Below, piece by piece: positions 11,212 through 22,700 of a stretch of 33,903 nt of DNA (positions are counted from its first letter, which is position 1; every line of letters starts with the position of its first letter). Source of the stretch: Selaginella moellendorffii (taxonomy: Eukaryota; Plantae; Lycopodiophyta); assembly GCF_000143415.4 (NCBI RefSeq), contig NW_003314477.1:9815-43717 (forward strand), read 5' to 3'. Both the position numbers and the translations under genes were made by a program. The notes beneath the pieces were generated by a model, which had not been told where the DNA came from, made no database searches, and was given only the letters and a program-made list of their open reading frames with translations.

Positions 11212-11814
11212 CCGATCTCGGTCTCGGTCTCGGTCTCGGTCCCGGTCTCGGTTCCGGTCTCGGTCTCGACTTCGAACTCCATCTCGGGTCCATCTCGGAC
11301 TCCATCTCGGACTCCATCTCGGGTCCATCTTGGACTCCATCTCGGACTCCATTTCGGACTCCATCTCGGACTCCATCTCGGACTCCATCTCGGACTCCAT
11401 CTCGGACTCCATCTCGGACTCCATCTCGGACTCCATCTCGGGTCCATCTCGGACTCCATCTCGGACTCCATCTCGGGTCCATCTTGGGTCCACCTCGGAC
11501 TCCATCTCGGACTCCATCTCGGACTCCATCTCGGGTCCATCTTGGGTCCACTTCGGACTCCACTTCGGACTCCATCTCGGACACTCCCACGTGTCATGTG
11601 TTGGTCCTTTTGGGTCCCCTTTTTGGAGCCTCGCCTTTTGCTCGCTTCGTGCTCGTTCCTCGAGCACTTCGTTGGGAGTTCCACTCCCGCTCTTGACTTT
11701 TCAAGTCGGAGCTTTTGGTCCAAACGTGTTACGCTCGTTTGGCTCTCGCTTCGGCCTCTACCATGTGGCGCCCTTCCGGCTCCACTTTGGGGCCTAGGGA
11801 TTTTGTGTCTCACA
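10060..11814 (-). repeat. 3' LTR of element B (Pol I-like +1 at 10987)
   Basis: Reverse complement homolog of LTR A. Matches 15867 onward. Confidence 0.95.
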
Positions 11815-12970
11815 ACTCCACCACCCATAGACGAAGTTCGATGTCCTCATCGAACGGTAAACCCTTTCATAAAGTAACACCCACACGTGTTACCATTTCC
11901 ATCCTTGGCACCTAGCCAATCTTTGTCTATGGTTTGACATCAAAGGCTCACCATGCCTTGTCCATCCTTTAAGGAGCGTAGTCTCTCCAACTTAGAGACT
12001 GATTGGACCACATGTAATGGTTCTCTCCTTTTATTGGTTTAGTTCTCGCTAAACCTCTTAGAGACCCTTCTCTAAGTCAATCCCACTACTCCTTCTCGAG
12101 TAGTCTCAATTTCCATCGATATAACCTTTGCACTTTGGAACTTTGAATTTTGACTTCTTGGAGTCAATTTCCTAGGTGTCTCCAACACCTTGCATTGCAC
12201 AGATTGTGCGACTCCACTTCCCTATCCTAGGAAGTTCTCTACTCGAGGGCACCATCATCCTCTCTTCTATTTCGTGCCAAAGTTCCAGTTATCATACTTT
12301 GTGCTAGGGCTGTTCATGGCCCTATCATTTGGCTACCTTACCGCTCCCTCCCTTGGAGCTTCCACTTTCGCCAAATCGGAGCATTTCGGAATCCCTCCTT
12401 GGAAACACACTTCCTTTCCCGCAACTTGTTAGTGTCCAACACATTAGTGTTCCTCGCCTAACTTTGTCACTTGGATTCCTTCCAAGGGATTCCACGGCCC
12501 TATCTTGGCCACTCATCTTTTGCTCCTATCCGTTGATTGTTGCACCAAGCAACATCGAATCTCTACCTCCCTCCTTGAGGTATTGTTTCGGTTCCATAGC
12601 AAAGACTCTTCTTTGCCAAGTCCGGAGGATGTTCACCCCTAGTACGTCTCTTTAGCATCTTCTGCTATGGGCTCTATCCACGGCCCAACTTCGTGACCCT
12701 CCCATGGGTCTTTTATAGAGACTACTTTCCTCGGACTCACTATGCCATCGCACGGACATAGTTTATTTCCCTTAGGTGCTCTTCCCACTTGGTTATCATG
12801 AACAAGCCACACCACCTTAAATAGTTCAATTTCAACATTTTGAACCAGGAACTTCATTCCTTAGCCAACCAAGGACCTTGTCCTTTTCTGGCCATAAGAT
12901 CACCTAGTGATCTCACCTTGGCACCTTAACAGAGTTGCCAAGAGGTACTTGGTTTTCTAGACCTCCAAGT

Positions 12971-13384
12971 TGTTGACTATAACCCCGGGGGCATCCCCCA
13001 CACTTGGCGGTGCACCCAAGCTAGCCCTTACGGCCAAGGGTTCATAGCAACTGAGATTAGGTGTCCCCATCTCACTCACCACGACCTTGGTGCCACTTGC
13101 ACCAAAGTGTTCAAGTTAGATATGCTGAGCTTTCACACTAAGCAATCTAACCGTGCATCACGACTCTGAGGCATCCCTTGCTTGGCGGTGTGCCCAAACC
13201 AGTCTCCCCACTGAGAGTCCATGACCACCGAAATATGAGTGTCCTCATATTCCAAACCATCACCACGCCCTAGTGATTTGGGACTCGAACCCAAGCACTA
13301 GAGGGTCGGGACTCGAACCCAACCTCCGTATATGCATCTACGGACGGCATCACACTAGATGCCTGGCGTGACTCCCCACGCCGG
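12971..13384 (-). ncRNA. Conserved structured cis-RNA module in element B
   Basis: Reverse complement homolog of 5569-5978. Confidence 0.6.
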
Positions 13385-15851
13385 TGCACCAACCTATTTT
13401 TAAAGCGCGCTACAGATCACAGCTTAGGAACCTAGTTCCTCCACACTGCCAAGTCCTCTCACTTGACATGTCTGTGATCATGCATGGACTCCTCCATGCT
13501 CGGCCCCATGGCCCACCCTTTTTGAAGTTATCACCTTCAACTAGGGTCTTTGTTCCCCCGACGTGCCAATCTCACTTGGCAAGTCCTCCGACCATTGTAA
13601 CATGGTTCCTGCATAAGCGTGAAAGTCCTTGACCATCGACTTTCGTTCAAAGCCCTCTCTTTGAACACTCGGGAACTACTTCCCTAACCTTGATAACCTT
13701 GCCTCATGGCAAGCTTCAAGACCACGCTTCTGCTGCGCCACTCTGATTTCGTGCGTTCCATGAACCATTTACACTTGGCCTTTCTAGGTACTACGCTACC
13801 TAGAATCGTCTTTGGGAACCTTGAAGGAACTCTGTCCCTCAGCTTGCTAAGGCCTCCCCTTTCGCAAGCTTTATAGTTGCCATATAGTCTAACATGGACA
13901 ATTCCATATTTTAGACTCTCCATGGCATCACGGTTGCTAGCAACAACATCCTCGAGCACCCTCTTGATTCTCCACTCCCAACTTTCATAACCACTGTTGG
14001 ATATGCCCTTTGATTTCTATGGTTCAATTCCATCCCAATACTACTTGCTTTTGGCTTCACACCTTTCCTTCGGTCATTCTCCTCCAGACCAGGAGGATAG
14101 CTTTGCACTTTCTGTCATGCTTTAGCAAGTATTCTTAGGGATGGACCTACCCAATAGCCTAGGGAGTGGTTCCTCAATCCGGGTATGCTCACCTTATAAT
14201 CCCACACACTGGGATTACATTGTTGCTTATGGGCCTTTACATGCCCATCACTAGCCTTGCCAAAATTCCATTTTTGGCTTTGTCCAATTCGGGTAGACAG
14301 TCCTCTCCTGTCTCCGCAACCTTGGACATTTGGATAGCACCTTCTATCCATCATTCGCTAGGGACTTAGTCCCTTGGGCTTTATCCATTGCCCTCGCGAC
14401 ATCAAACACCACCTTCTGGTGTTCTAGAGTGTCCGGGTGTCCCAATGATGGCTTTCTTGACAATGAGTATTTCCTTTTATGACATTGACTTACTATATCG
14501 CAACATAAGCAACTTATCCCCCGTAAGGGTATATCCAACTTCCTTATGCTATTAAGAAGTCTTGGGTAGCTACCTTCTACCCGTTTAACCAGTTATTTTG
14601 CACCTCTTGCTTAGTTGCCTCATAGTTGTCAAGTCCTACAACTCATTGCTTGGTGCTTTCACACCTCCATCATTATCTGGGTCACCACACTCCAACTGCA
14701 TGCTCTGCAGCTTAGGCTATGCTATTCCCATTTCCATTGGGATTCCTTTGGCAAGGGGTTCTCATGAACCCACCAACATAGCCTCAAGGTATCACACCTT
14801 GGCACATTTGGTGTCTTCACACCATCGGCTCCACGAGCCTACCTCTATGACATTTCCCCTTCGTGTCTAAGTCTTTGCCAAGACCAACACCGCTCTTTCT
14901 CATGCCAACCATCCGTTAGCACTGCACCATAGAGATCACACACAACTTTATGTCAGAGTTGTTTTCTTCTGGGAACACCTTTCCCATAACTTTAGCATGG
15001 CACATTTTGCCATCGATGAGATACCCTCTGTTCTCATCCTTGGATCCTATGATCCCCCCCATCCTTTGTGGGGTACAACACACCTCAGTCCAAATGCTTC
15101 CATCAGTCCTTTTAGGACCATCGCTTGACTCTACTTGAGTCATCCGGCAGTTTTGGACTTGGTTAATCCACAGACCCGTAAGGTCCTACTTGTGAGGCAC
15201 TAGCTCACTGGAATACCCTTCTTGCATTCCGGTCCTACTCAAAAGGACTATTTTCACAAGTGTTACTCCGACACTTGATTTTGTTATCTGGGGGCAACCT
15301 TTGCCCCTTAGGACTACTTGTCCATGTGATGAGAATACCAACTCATCCACTTAATACACCCCCAACTCCTTGGGTTGTTCCAGCATTTATTAGAGGTAGC
15401 CCCAGCTACCATTTCAAGGATTTGAGTCCTCTTCCGTATTTGACCTTCCACGGTCATTACCTTTGGTCTCACATTCATGAGCACCAACCTCAACTATATG
15501 AGGATAATCTTGTGACTCCTTTATTGTTTTGGAGTCTCTATCTTTCCCGTGATCCCAACTTTAGTTGTTTACCACAACAACCTAAGCCAATTTGCTGAGA
15601 CAAATGCTCATCCGGATCACATCCTCAACTCAATGAGGAAAACCTTGCATTGTTCCCAAGATCCCAAAGTCGTTCCATTATTGGCCCTTTTCTATCCACC
15701 ACCTCGTCTACAAGTTCACACATGAACTGTAATGGAGAGCCATGTCTTCCCGACTTGCTACTCCTTAAGGATAGGCCCACTCCTCGGACCTTCCGATGCC
15801 AACACTAGTGGTGATATACTTGAGCACCAATAAAAGTCGGACTAAGGAACA

Positions 15852-15863
15852 GCTCCGATACCA
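15852..15863 (-). other. PBS (tRNA-iMet type) of element B
   Basis: GCTCCGATACCA on the + strand, adjacent to the LTR. Confidence 0.9.
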
Positions 15864-15866
15864 AAT

Positions 15867-16975
15867 TGTAAGTGACTAATTTTTCCATTCTACTTTAGTC
15901 ACTTAACCACACCTTCGACCACTTGGAGGAGTCTCACTCACAACCTCCTTAAGTCCAATTCAGGACTTGGACTTGCTAGCCCCAAGAATGGCATCCATGC
16001 CACTCAACACTTGCACCTGGTCCAAGTGCTCCACGTGTCCGGTCCCAAGACCGACACCCAAAGGTACCACTGACATCTCGGCCCGTTACGCTAAGGCCAT
16101 GCCCATTCACCTTTGCTGCACTAGTGGTCCAATATCACTTGCATCACCATCCCGTCTCTCCAAGACTGGGCCATCGGTCCACGAGTGGTCATCCTAGATC
16201 CACTCCTTAGCATCCTTAGGATGCCCACAGACCTGGGGAATTGCCTTCCCCAAAGTCCCTTTGTCAATTCCTACCAAGTCCCTTTTTGCCCCTAGCCGTG
16301 TTTGCCAACACTGCCACTGGATCGAGGCCCACAGGCCCGACCACTAAGTCCCATGGTCCTCTGGGACTTCCCCACCACACGACTGTGTCCTTGGTCACTA
16401 CCCCAGAGGACTGCTCCTCTTCCTTTCCACAGTCTAGGCCTTTGGGACAACATTTCGGAACACCGTGGCCTTACGCGAGCCACCTGGGTACTCTCCCCGC
16501 CTTTCGCCTTTAGGTGCTCTAGCCATGGGCTTAGAGCGAGGTTCCGTTGAGCCACACCTGGTATCCAAGTAGGTAGTGCCACCCACACTTGGACTGGGAG
16601 CATCGGCCAGTCGATCTCCCGGGGGAACTAGAGCTGGCTCTTGAACACTTCACCAAGCTACCCCGCTTGTCGGTCCGTGTTCACTCTAGTCTTGGACTTC
16701 CCAGTGGGCAGCTCATCACCCAACACTGGGTCTGGCCTTCCTGGGCCAAACTGGCCTTTCCTGGCCAAACTGGCTCCACTGCAGTCCTCCCCCTACTATA
16801 CTTTTGGAGCTCACCAAACCCCCCAGGGTCTGGGAGACGAACGCTTTGGGCTTTCACCCTCTCAGGCTCCGGACTCGGACTCGGACTCGGACTCGGACTC
16901 GGACTCGGACTCGGACTCGGACTCGGGCTCGGTCTCAGACTCGGACTCGGGCTCGGGCTCGGTCTTGGCCTCGGC

Positions 16976-17018
<43 letters not shown>

Positions 17019-17305
17019 CCGATCTCGGTCTCGGTCTCGGTCTCGGTCCCGGTCTCGGTTCCGGTCTCGGTCTCGACTTCGAACTCCATCTCGGGTCCAT
17101 CTCGGACTCCATCTCGGACTCCATCTCGGGTCCATCTTGGACTCCATCTCGGACTCCATTTCGGACTCCATCTCGGACTCCATCTCGGACTCCATCTCGG
17201 ACTCCATCTCGGACTCCATCTCGGACTCCATCTCGGACTCCATCTCGGGTCCATCTCGGACTCCATCTCGGACTCCATCTCGGGTCCATCTTGGGTCCAC
17301 CTCGG
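15867..17305 (-). repeat. 5' LTR of element B, main part (Pol I-like +1 at 16794); the remainder is at 24839-25159
   Basis: Near-identical to 10060 onward. Split at TSD CTCGG by element C. Confidence 0.93.
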
Positions 17306-18454
17306 TGTAAGCCACAAATTTTTCCTTTCCACTTTGCCAGCTTACCTCGCCTATCCGTCCAACACTGCCTTGGCTTTTGCTAAGTTCCCTCGCCAAGGTT
17401 CTCGCCTATGGTACCAGCTCCTACTTGGTTTCAGCTACTCACTGCACGAGCAACGGAGTGTTAGCCATCCTTCCATGGATTCCCAAATCACTCCCAATCC
17501 CCCTCCCCGGGTTAGACTGGACTTAAGGTTCGGCTACACTCCCCGCAAGCACAAGCAGCCAAGCACACCAAGCTTCCAGGTTCCTAACATCCCTTGGTAC
17601 CACAAGACTTGATCACGGGACCCTCTAAATCCCAAGTCTTGAGTGCAACGCTTGCTTCGGGACGCCGGGGCGAAACACCGTGGCCTAGCGGCCCGGTATG
17701 GGTACCTCTCGCCCCCCACTTCCATCCCGAAGGAAGGCCCAAGCCCCTAGGAAGGGCGAGGACCAATGAGCCGCATGGTACTCAAGTGGGGCACCACTCC
17801 ACATGAGCCGGGAGCACTGCAATCGGTTTCCCTTTCGGGAGTGGGAGCTGCTCTTGAGCACTTCCTTGGATGGCCCCTCCGGCACCAGCCAAGTCCATGC
17901 TCACTCCCACCCAAGGCCCCTCGGTCCCAGTCCCAATCTCAAGTCGGCTTGGAAGCCCAACTGGAGAGTCCCTTCAAAACTGGTTCCTGGACCTCACTAT
18001 CCCTACTATACTTTTGGAACCCCCTGCAGCCCCCCCCCCCCTGGGAGACGCACGCTTTGGGCTTTCACCCCTTGACCCGTATTAGTATTTGGACTTAGTC
18101 TCTGGCTCGATCTCGGACCCGATTTCGGATCCGACTTCGGATTCGGGTTCGGACTCGATTACGGACTCGATCTCGGACCCGATCTCGGACCCGACCTCGG
18201 ACTCGACCTCGGACTCGGTCTTGGACCCGATTTCGGATCTCGGACTCCGTCTCGAACTCGGTCTCGAACTCGGACTCGAACTCGGTCCCCGAGTCGGTCT
18301 CGGACTCGATTCCGGACTCTATCTCGAACTCGGTCCTAGAGTCGGTCTTGGACTCGATCCTCGACTTGGTCCCATCCGATGAACTCTTTGTCACTTCGGT
18401 CAAGCTTTTGGGGATCCTTTAGCCTACGACATCTCGGGGAGTCGGTTCCTTACA
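17306..18454 (-). repeat. 3' LTR of element C
   Basis: Direct repeat of 23690-24838. Only one substitution noticed by eye (CCCAATCTC vs CCCAACCTC). Confidence 0.95.
17995..18098 (-). promoter_or_regulatory. Pol I promoter copy in the 3' LTR of C (+1 at 18004)
   Basis: The reverse complement is near-identical to 25368-25469. Confidence 0.8.
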
Positions 18455-18517
18455 ACTCCACCACCCATAGAAGAAGTTCGATGCCCACATCGAACGTCTC
18501 GTCTTATCCTACGACTT

Positions 18518-18764
18518 GTTGTCCATGTCTCCGGGGGCATCCCCCCACTTAGCGGTGTGCCTAAGTTAGCCTCCCCGGCCAAGAGCCCATGACAACGGAA
18601 TATAGGTGTCCCTATATTCCTCACTTCACCACGCCCTAGTATAGGGTCGGGACTTGAACCCAGCCTTGCTTTACTAGGGGGTTGGGACTCGAACCCAACC
18701 TCCGTAGAATACGTCTACGGATTCGACATCCCCGCAGGGAGTCGGGCGTAGTGCCCTACGCCTG
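18518..18764 (-). ncRNA. Structured 3' UTR module of element C
   Basis: Perfect hairpins such as GGAATATAGG-GACA-CCTATATTCC, CTTAG-GCACACCG-CTAAG and GGGG-GATG-CCCC, plus two T-arm/B-box motifs. Shared with A and B. Confidence 0.62.
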
Positions 18765-18857
18765 GTCGACCTATCCAACCCATGCTAATTAGCTTACCTT
18801 TGGCGCGCCTTCGGGTCCCAACATATGCCATTTGCTCAACTTTGCAAATTGATATTT

Positions 18858-19239
18858 TTAATTGAATTTTGCATAAGTACATAAAGTTCTGCCTTGCAGA
18901 AATTCCTCCACTAGATCTCGTGCATTCGCTAGGTTCTCCTCCGGTTCCCATGTTGCTTCGCAGTGTGGAAATCCTTTCCACTTCACATGGAACTCTCTCA
19001 CCTCGCGTCCTTGTCGCTTGCTCTTGCGCGCATTGAGGATGGCCTCGACTTCGTATTCCTCTTCCCCTTGGATAACTTCAGGTAAAGGTCTCACTTGGTC
19101 CTTGCGAAGCGGATCCTCAAAGTACGGCTTGAGTAAGTTCACGTGGAACACTGGGTGCATCTTCCCCATCTCTCGAGGAAGTCGGAGTCGGTAAGCCACT
19201 TTACCGATTCGTGCCTCAATTTCATAAGGCCCCGCGAAC
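18858..19239 (-). CDS. pol: gag-pol exon 3: integrase C-terminus (GPY/F motif) and chromodomain
   Basis: FAGPYEIEARIGKVAYRLRLP...HPVFHVNLLKPY, then EEEYEVEAILNAR...FHVKWKGFPHCEATWEPEENL. Confidence 0.92.
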
Positions 19240-19291
19240 CTGCTTAAGGAACTCAAGATCAATTCATTTACAGGAATACATGCGTCTTTAC
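19240..19291 (-). other. 52-nt spliceosomal intron in integrase
   Basis: AAAG|GTAAAG...TTCCTTAAGCAG|GTTC. Removal restores KLTQR-FAGPY in frame. Confidence 0.85.
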
Positions 19292-19709
19292 CTTTGGGTC
19301 AACTTTCGACTGATCCAGCTTGGTAGTCTGAGGTTCTTGGTGTTCAGCCACACCTTCTCCCCAGCTTGGAACTCCACATCCCGACGCTTTTGGTTCGCGT
19401 ACTTAGTTTGCCTTTGTTGAGCCCGTTCCAAGGAATCCCTCACTAGATTCCAAATGTTGAGTCTTTCCGCCGTGAATGCCTCCACTGCGGGTAACTCTCC
19501 ATGATACTCGGCCACGCCGAGTTCCACAGGACCTTCAATAGCTCGCCCATTGATGACTTCCCATGGACTCACCCCGATGCTTGAGTGTGGTGAGTTGTTA
19601 TAACACATTTCCGCAAGTCCCAAATGACTTACCCAGTCGGTCTGGTCTCCCGAGACATAGCATCGCAAATAATCCTCCAGCTGCCTATTCACCCTTTCCG
19701 TTTGTCCGT
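19292..19709 (-). CDS. pol: gag-pol exon 2: integrase core C-half containing the catalytic Glu
   Basis: DGQTERVNRQLEDYLRCYV...W...AEMCYNNSPHSSIGVSP. Confidence 0.92.
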
Positions 19710-19756
19710 CTGTCAAGAAGTGTTAGTGCCATCAATCTTGACTTAATACCCATTAC
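19710..19756 (-). other. 47-nt spliceosomal intron in integrase
   Basis: ACAG|GTAATG...CACTAAC (branch point)...TTCTTGACAG|ACGG. Removal restores [13 protein letters not shown]. Confidence 0.88.
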
Positions 19757-22700
19757 CTGTCTGTGGGTGATAGGCTGTGCTGAATTTCAATTTGGTGCGA
19801 TACTGTTCTAGGAGTGTCCTCCAGAACCTACTAGTGAAGATCTTATCTCGATCTGAGATAATCTCTTCCGGCCTTCCCCGCACTCGAACCACTTGTTCAA
19901 AGAACAGCTTCGCCACACCTTCCGCATCCACGTCCGTTGTGGTGGGTATGAAATGTGCCATCTTTGAAAATCGGTCCACCACCACGAATATCGCATCGAA
20001 CCCCTCGCTTGGGGGTAGTCCCGTGATGAAGTCCATCGTAAGACATTTCCACGGGCGATCTGGAATTGGGATGCTTTGCAACAAGCCCCCACTAGCCTTA
20101 GTCACGGCTTTGACCTGCTGACATGTTGGACATGTCTTTACATAGTCTTGGACGTCCTTAGCCATATCTGGCCAATGGTACTTCCTCTTGAGTAAGCCCA
20201 TCGTCTTGGGCACTCCGCCGTGTCCCGCAAGAGGTCCGTCATGACACTCTTCTAAGGCCACCTTCCTTAGTTCCCCTTCTGGAACATACACCCTCGTTTC
20301 CTTGTAATAAATGAGTCCGTTGCGTTCCGCATAGCCCGTTTTCTCTTCCGTTGGCAGCTCACCTCTCTGGTGAGCTTCCCGCGCCTCTAGATTCCTCAGC
20401 AACACTTCTTGTGCTAGACCATCGTTCTCATATGCTGTCCACACATCGTCCCAGAAGGTTGCTGTTGCGCTGGATATTGCCAACTTCAAGCTCGCTTTTC
20501 GACTTAGCACATCCGCCACGATGTTGCTCTTCCCAGGCTTGTACAGAATTTCGCAATCAAACTCGGCCAAGGCATTGGCCCACCGACCTTGTTTCCCTCT
20601 TAGGTCGGGCTGTGACAAGAAGTGTTTCGTTGCCACATTGTCCGTGTAAACCTTGAAGTGTCTCCCAAGGTAGTGTCGCCACTCCTTGAGTGCCTTGACT
20701 ACCGCAAACAATTCCTTCTCATGGGCAGGCCACTTCCGTTGAGCCTTGTCCAGCTTCTTCGAGAAGAACGCTACCGGATGGTTGTCTTGCTTCAGAACTG
20801 CGCCCAACGCAAAGTCCGAAGCATCCATTTCTACCTCAAAGTCCTTACCAAAGTCTGGCAATGCCAATACGGGAGCCTTTCTCAACTTCCCTTTGAGGTG
20901 GACGAATGCCGCCTCGCATTCTGCTGTCCATACCATCTTCCCTTTTCCTGTTTGGTCCGTTAAGGGCAGGGCTACTCTTGAATAGTGTCTGATAAACTTT
21001 CGATAGTAGTTGCATAGCCCCAGGAACGCCCTCAACTCATGTACATTCGATGGTCGCTCCCATTCCTGGATCGCTTGGACCTTCTCCGGGTCCACCTTGA
21101 GCCCGTCCTGGCCCACCACATGCCCGAGAAACTTTACCTCTTGTTGAGCAAAGTCACATTTGCTCTCTTTAGCATACAGCTTGTGTTCCCTTAGTTTCTC
21201 AAACACCTTCGCCAAGTGTTCGGCATGCTCTTCTAGCGTCTCGCTATAGATCAGGATGTCGTCGATATAGACGACCACGAAGTGATCCAGATAGGGTACA
21301 AAGACGTGGTTCATTAGCGCCGAAAACGTTGCCGGCGCATTACATAGCCCGAAGGGCATCACTAGAAACTCAAAGCTCCCATACCTCGTTCGACAGGTTG
21401 TCTTCTCGACATCTTCCTCGGCTACCCTGATCTGGTAGTATCCTGACCTTAGGTCAATCCTCGAGAAGTATTTTGCCTTTCCCAACCTATCGAACAGGTC
21501 CTCAATCCTTGGCAAAGGGTACTTGTTCTTCTTTGTATACTTGTTGAGCAAGCGGTAGTCTATGCACATGCGCATAGATCCATCTTTCTTTTTCACAAAT
21601 AACACCGGCGCCCCATACGGCGACTTGCTCAACCTAACATACCCTTTGTCCACCAACTCCTCTAGTTGGCACTTGAGCTCCTTGAGTTCTTTTTCGTTCA
21701 AACGATAAGGGGGACGAACCACTGCCTCAGCACCCTCGACCAGCTCAATCTTATGTTCTATCGGTCGTGCTGGGGGCAGCCCCGCCGGTAGCTCCTCCGG
21801 CATGGTATCCTGGAATTGGTCCAACACCCGCTGGATCACTAAAGGCACTTCTTCCGTTCTTGTCTTTTTGTCACTCTTCACCGAGAGTAAGCACAAAAAG
21901 GCTGCCTTAGTTCCTTTAGTGAGTTGTCCTCTCGTGGACACCAGGTTTAAGCAAGATTCTTTGGCCTTGCTTTGCCCTACCTTTAGATCCTGGGCTTCCA
22001 CCCTAGATCTTCTTCCTTGGGCATTTGCCAGTACCACAAGGTTCCTACCTTGTCCATGTAGGGCTACCACGAACCGATTGAACCAATCCATTCCGAAGAT
22101 CACGTCAAATCCCGCCATGTCCAACACGGTGAAATCCATGTCTACCTTCCATGTCCCTACTTCGACTTTCGCTTGTCGAAGTACCTCATCGGTGCTTTGG
22201 CTACCTTGAACAAACTCTATAGTCCTTGGTTCGCCTAGCCGCTGCACCGTTAGTCCGGCTTGCCGGACTATGTCTGCAGCCACAAAATTATCCGAAGCAC
22301 CCGTGTCAATAAGGATCTTAACAAAGCTACCTCCGAGCTTCCCTCGGAGGGCTAGTAGATGTCGCGAACGACTCTCTACCAAAGTTGCTCGTGTAATGAG
22401 TAACTTTGAGTCAGGGACTGGATCACATACCTCATTTTGGACTTCGCCCGACTTGATGGCCATATTGGCTCTGGCCTTCTTCGGGTAGGGACATTCCCTC
22501 GAAAAGTGTCCCGCTTCACCGCAGTTATAGCATACGTTGTTTCCCACGCTGCTATATGACTTGACCTTCTTATCCGTGGGTTTGTCTCTTTTCGCTTGAC
22601 TCCCCCACGTACTTGCTCGCTGGCCACCGGATTTGCCTTTCCGAAATCCCGAGGACTCATTCTTAGAGAAACTCTTCTTGAATTTCCCCCTGCTATATGT

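Noticed and set aside
18790-18895. Possible third intron or further donor after the chromodomain (AT-rich tract; AAG|GTAAGC near 18797)
   Set aside because: No conserved protein motif is restored and the splice pairing is ambiguous without RNA data.
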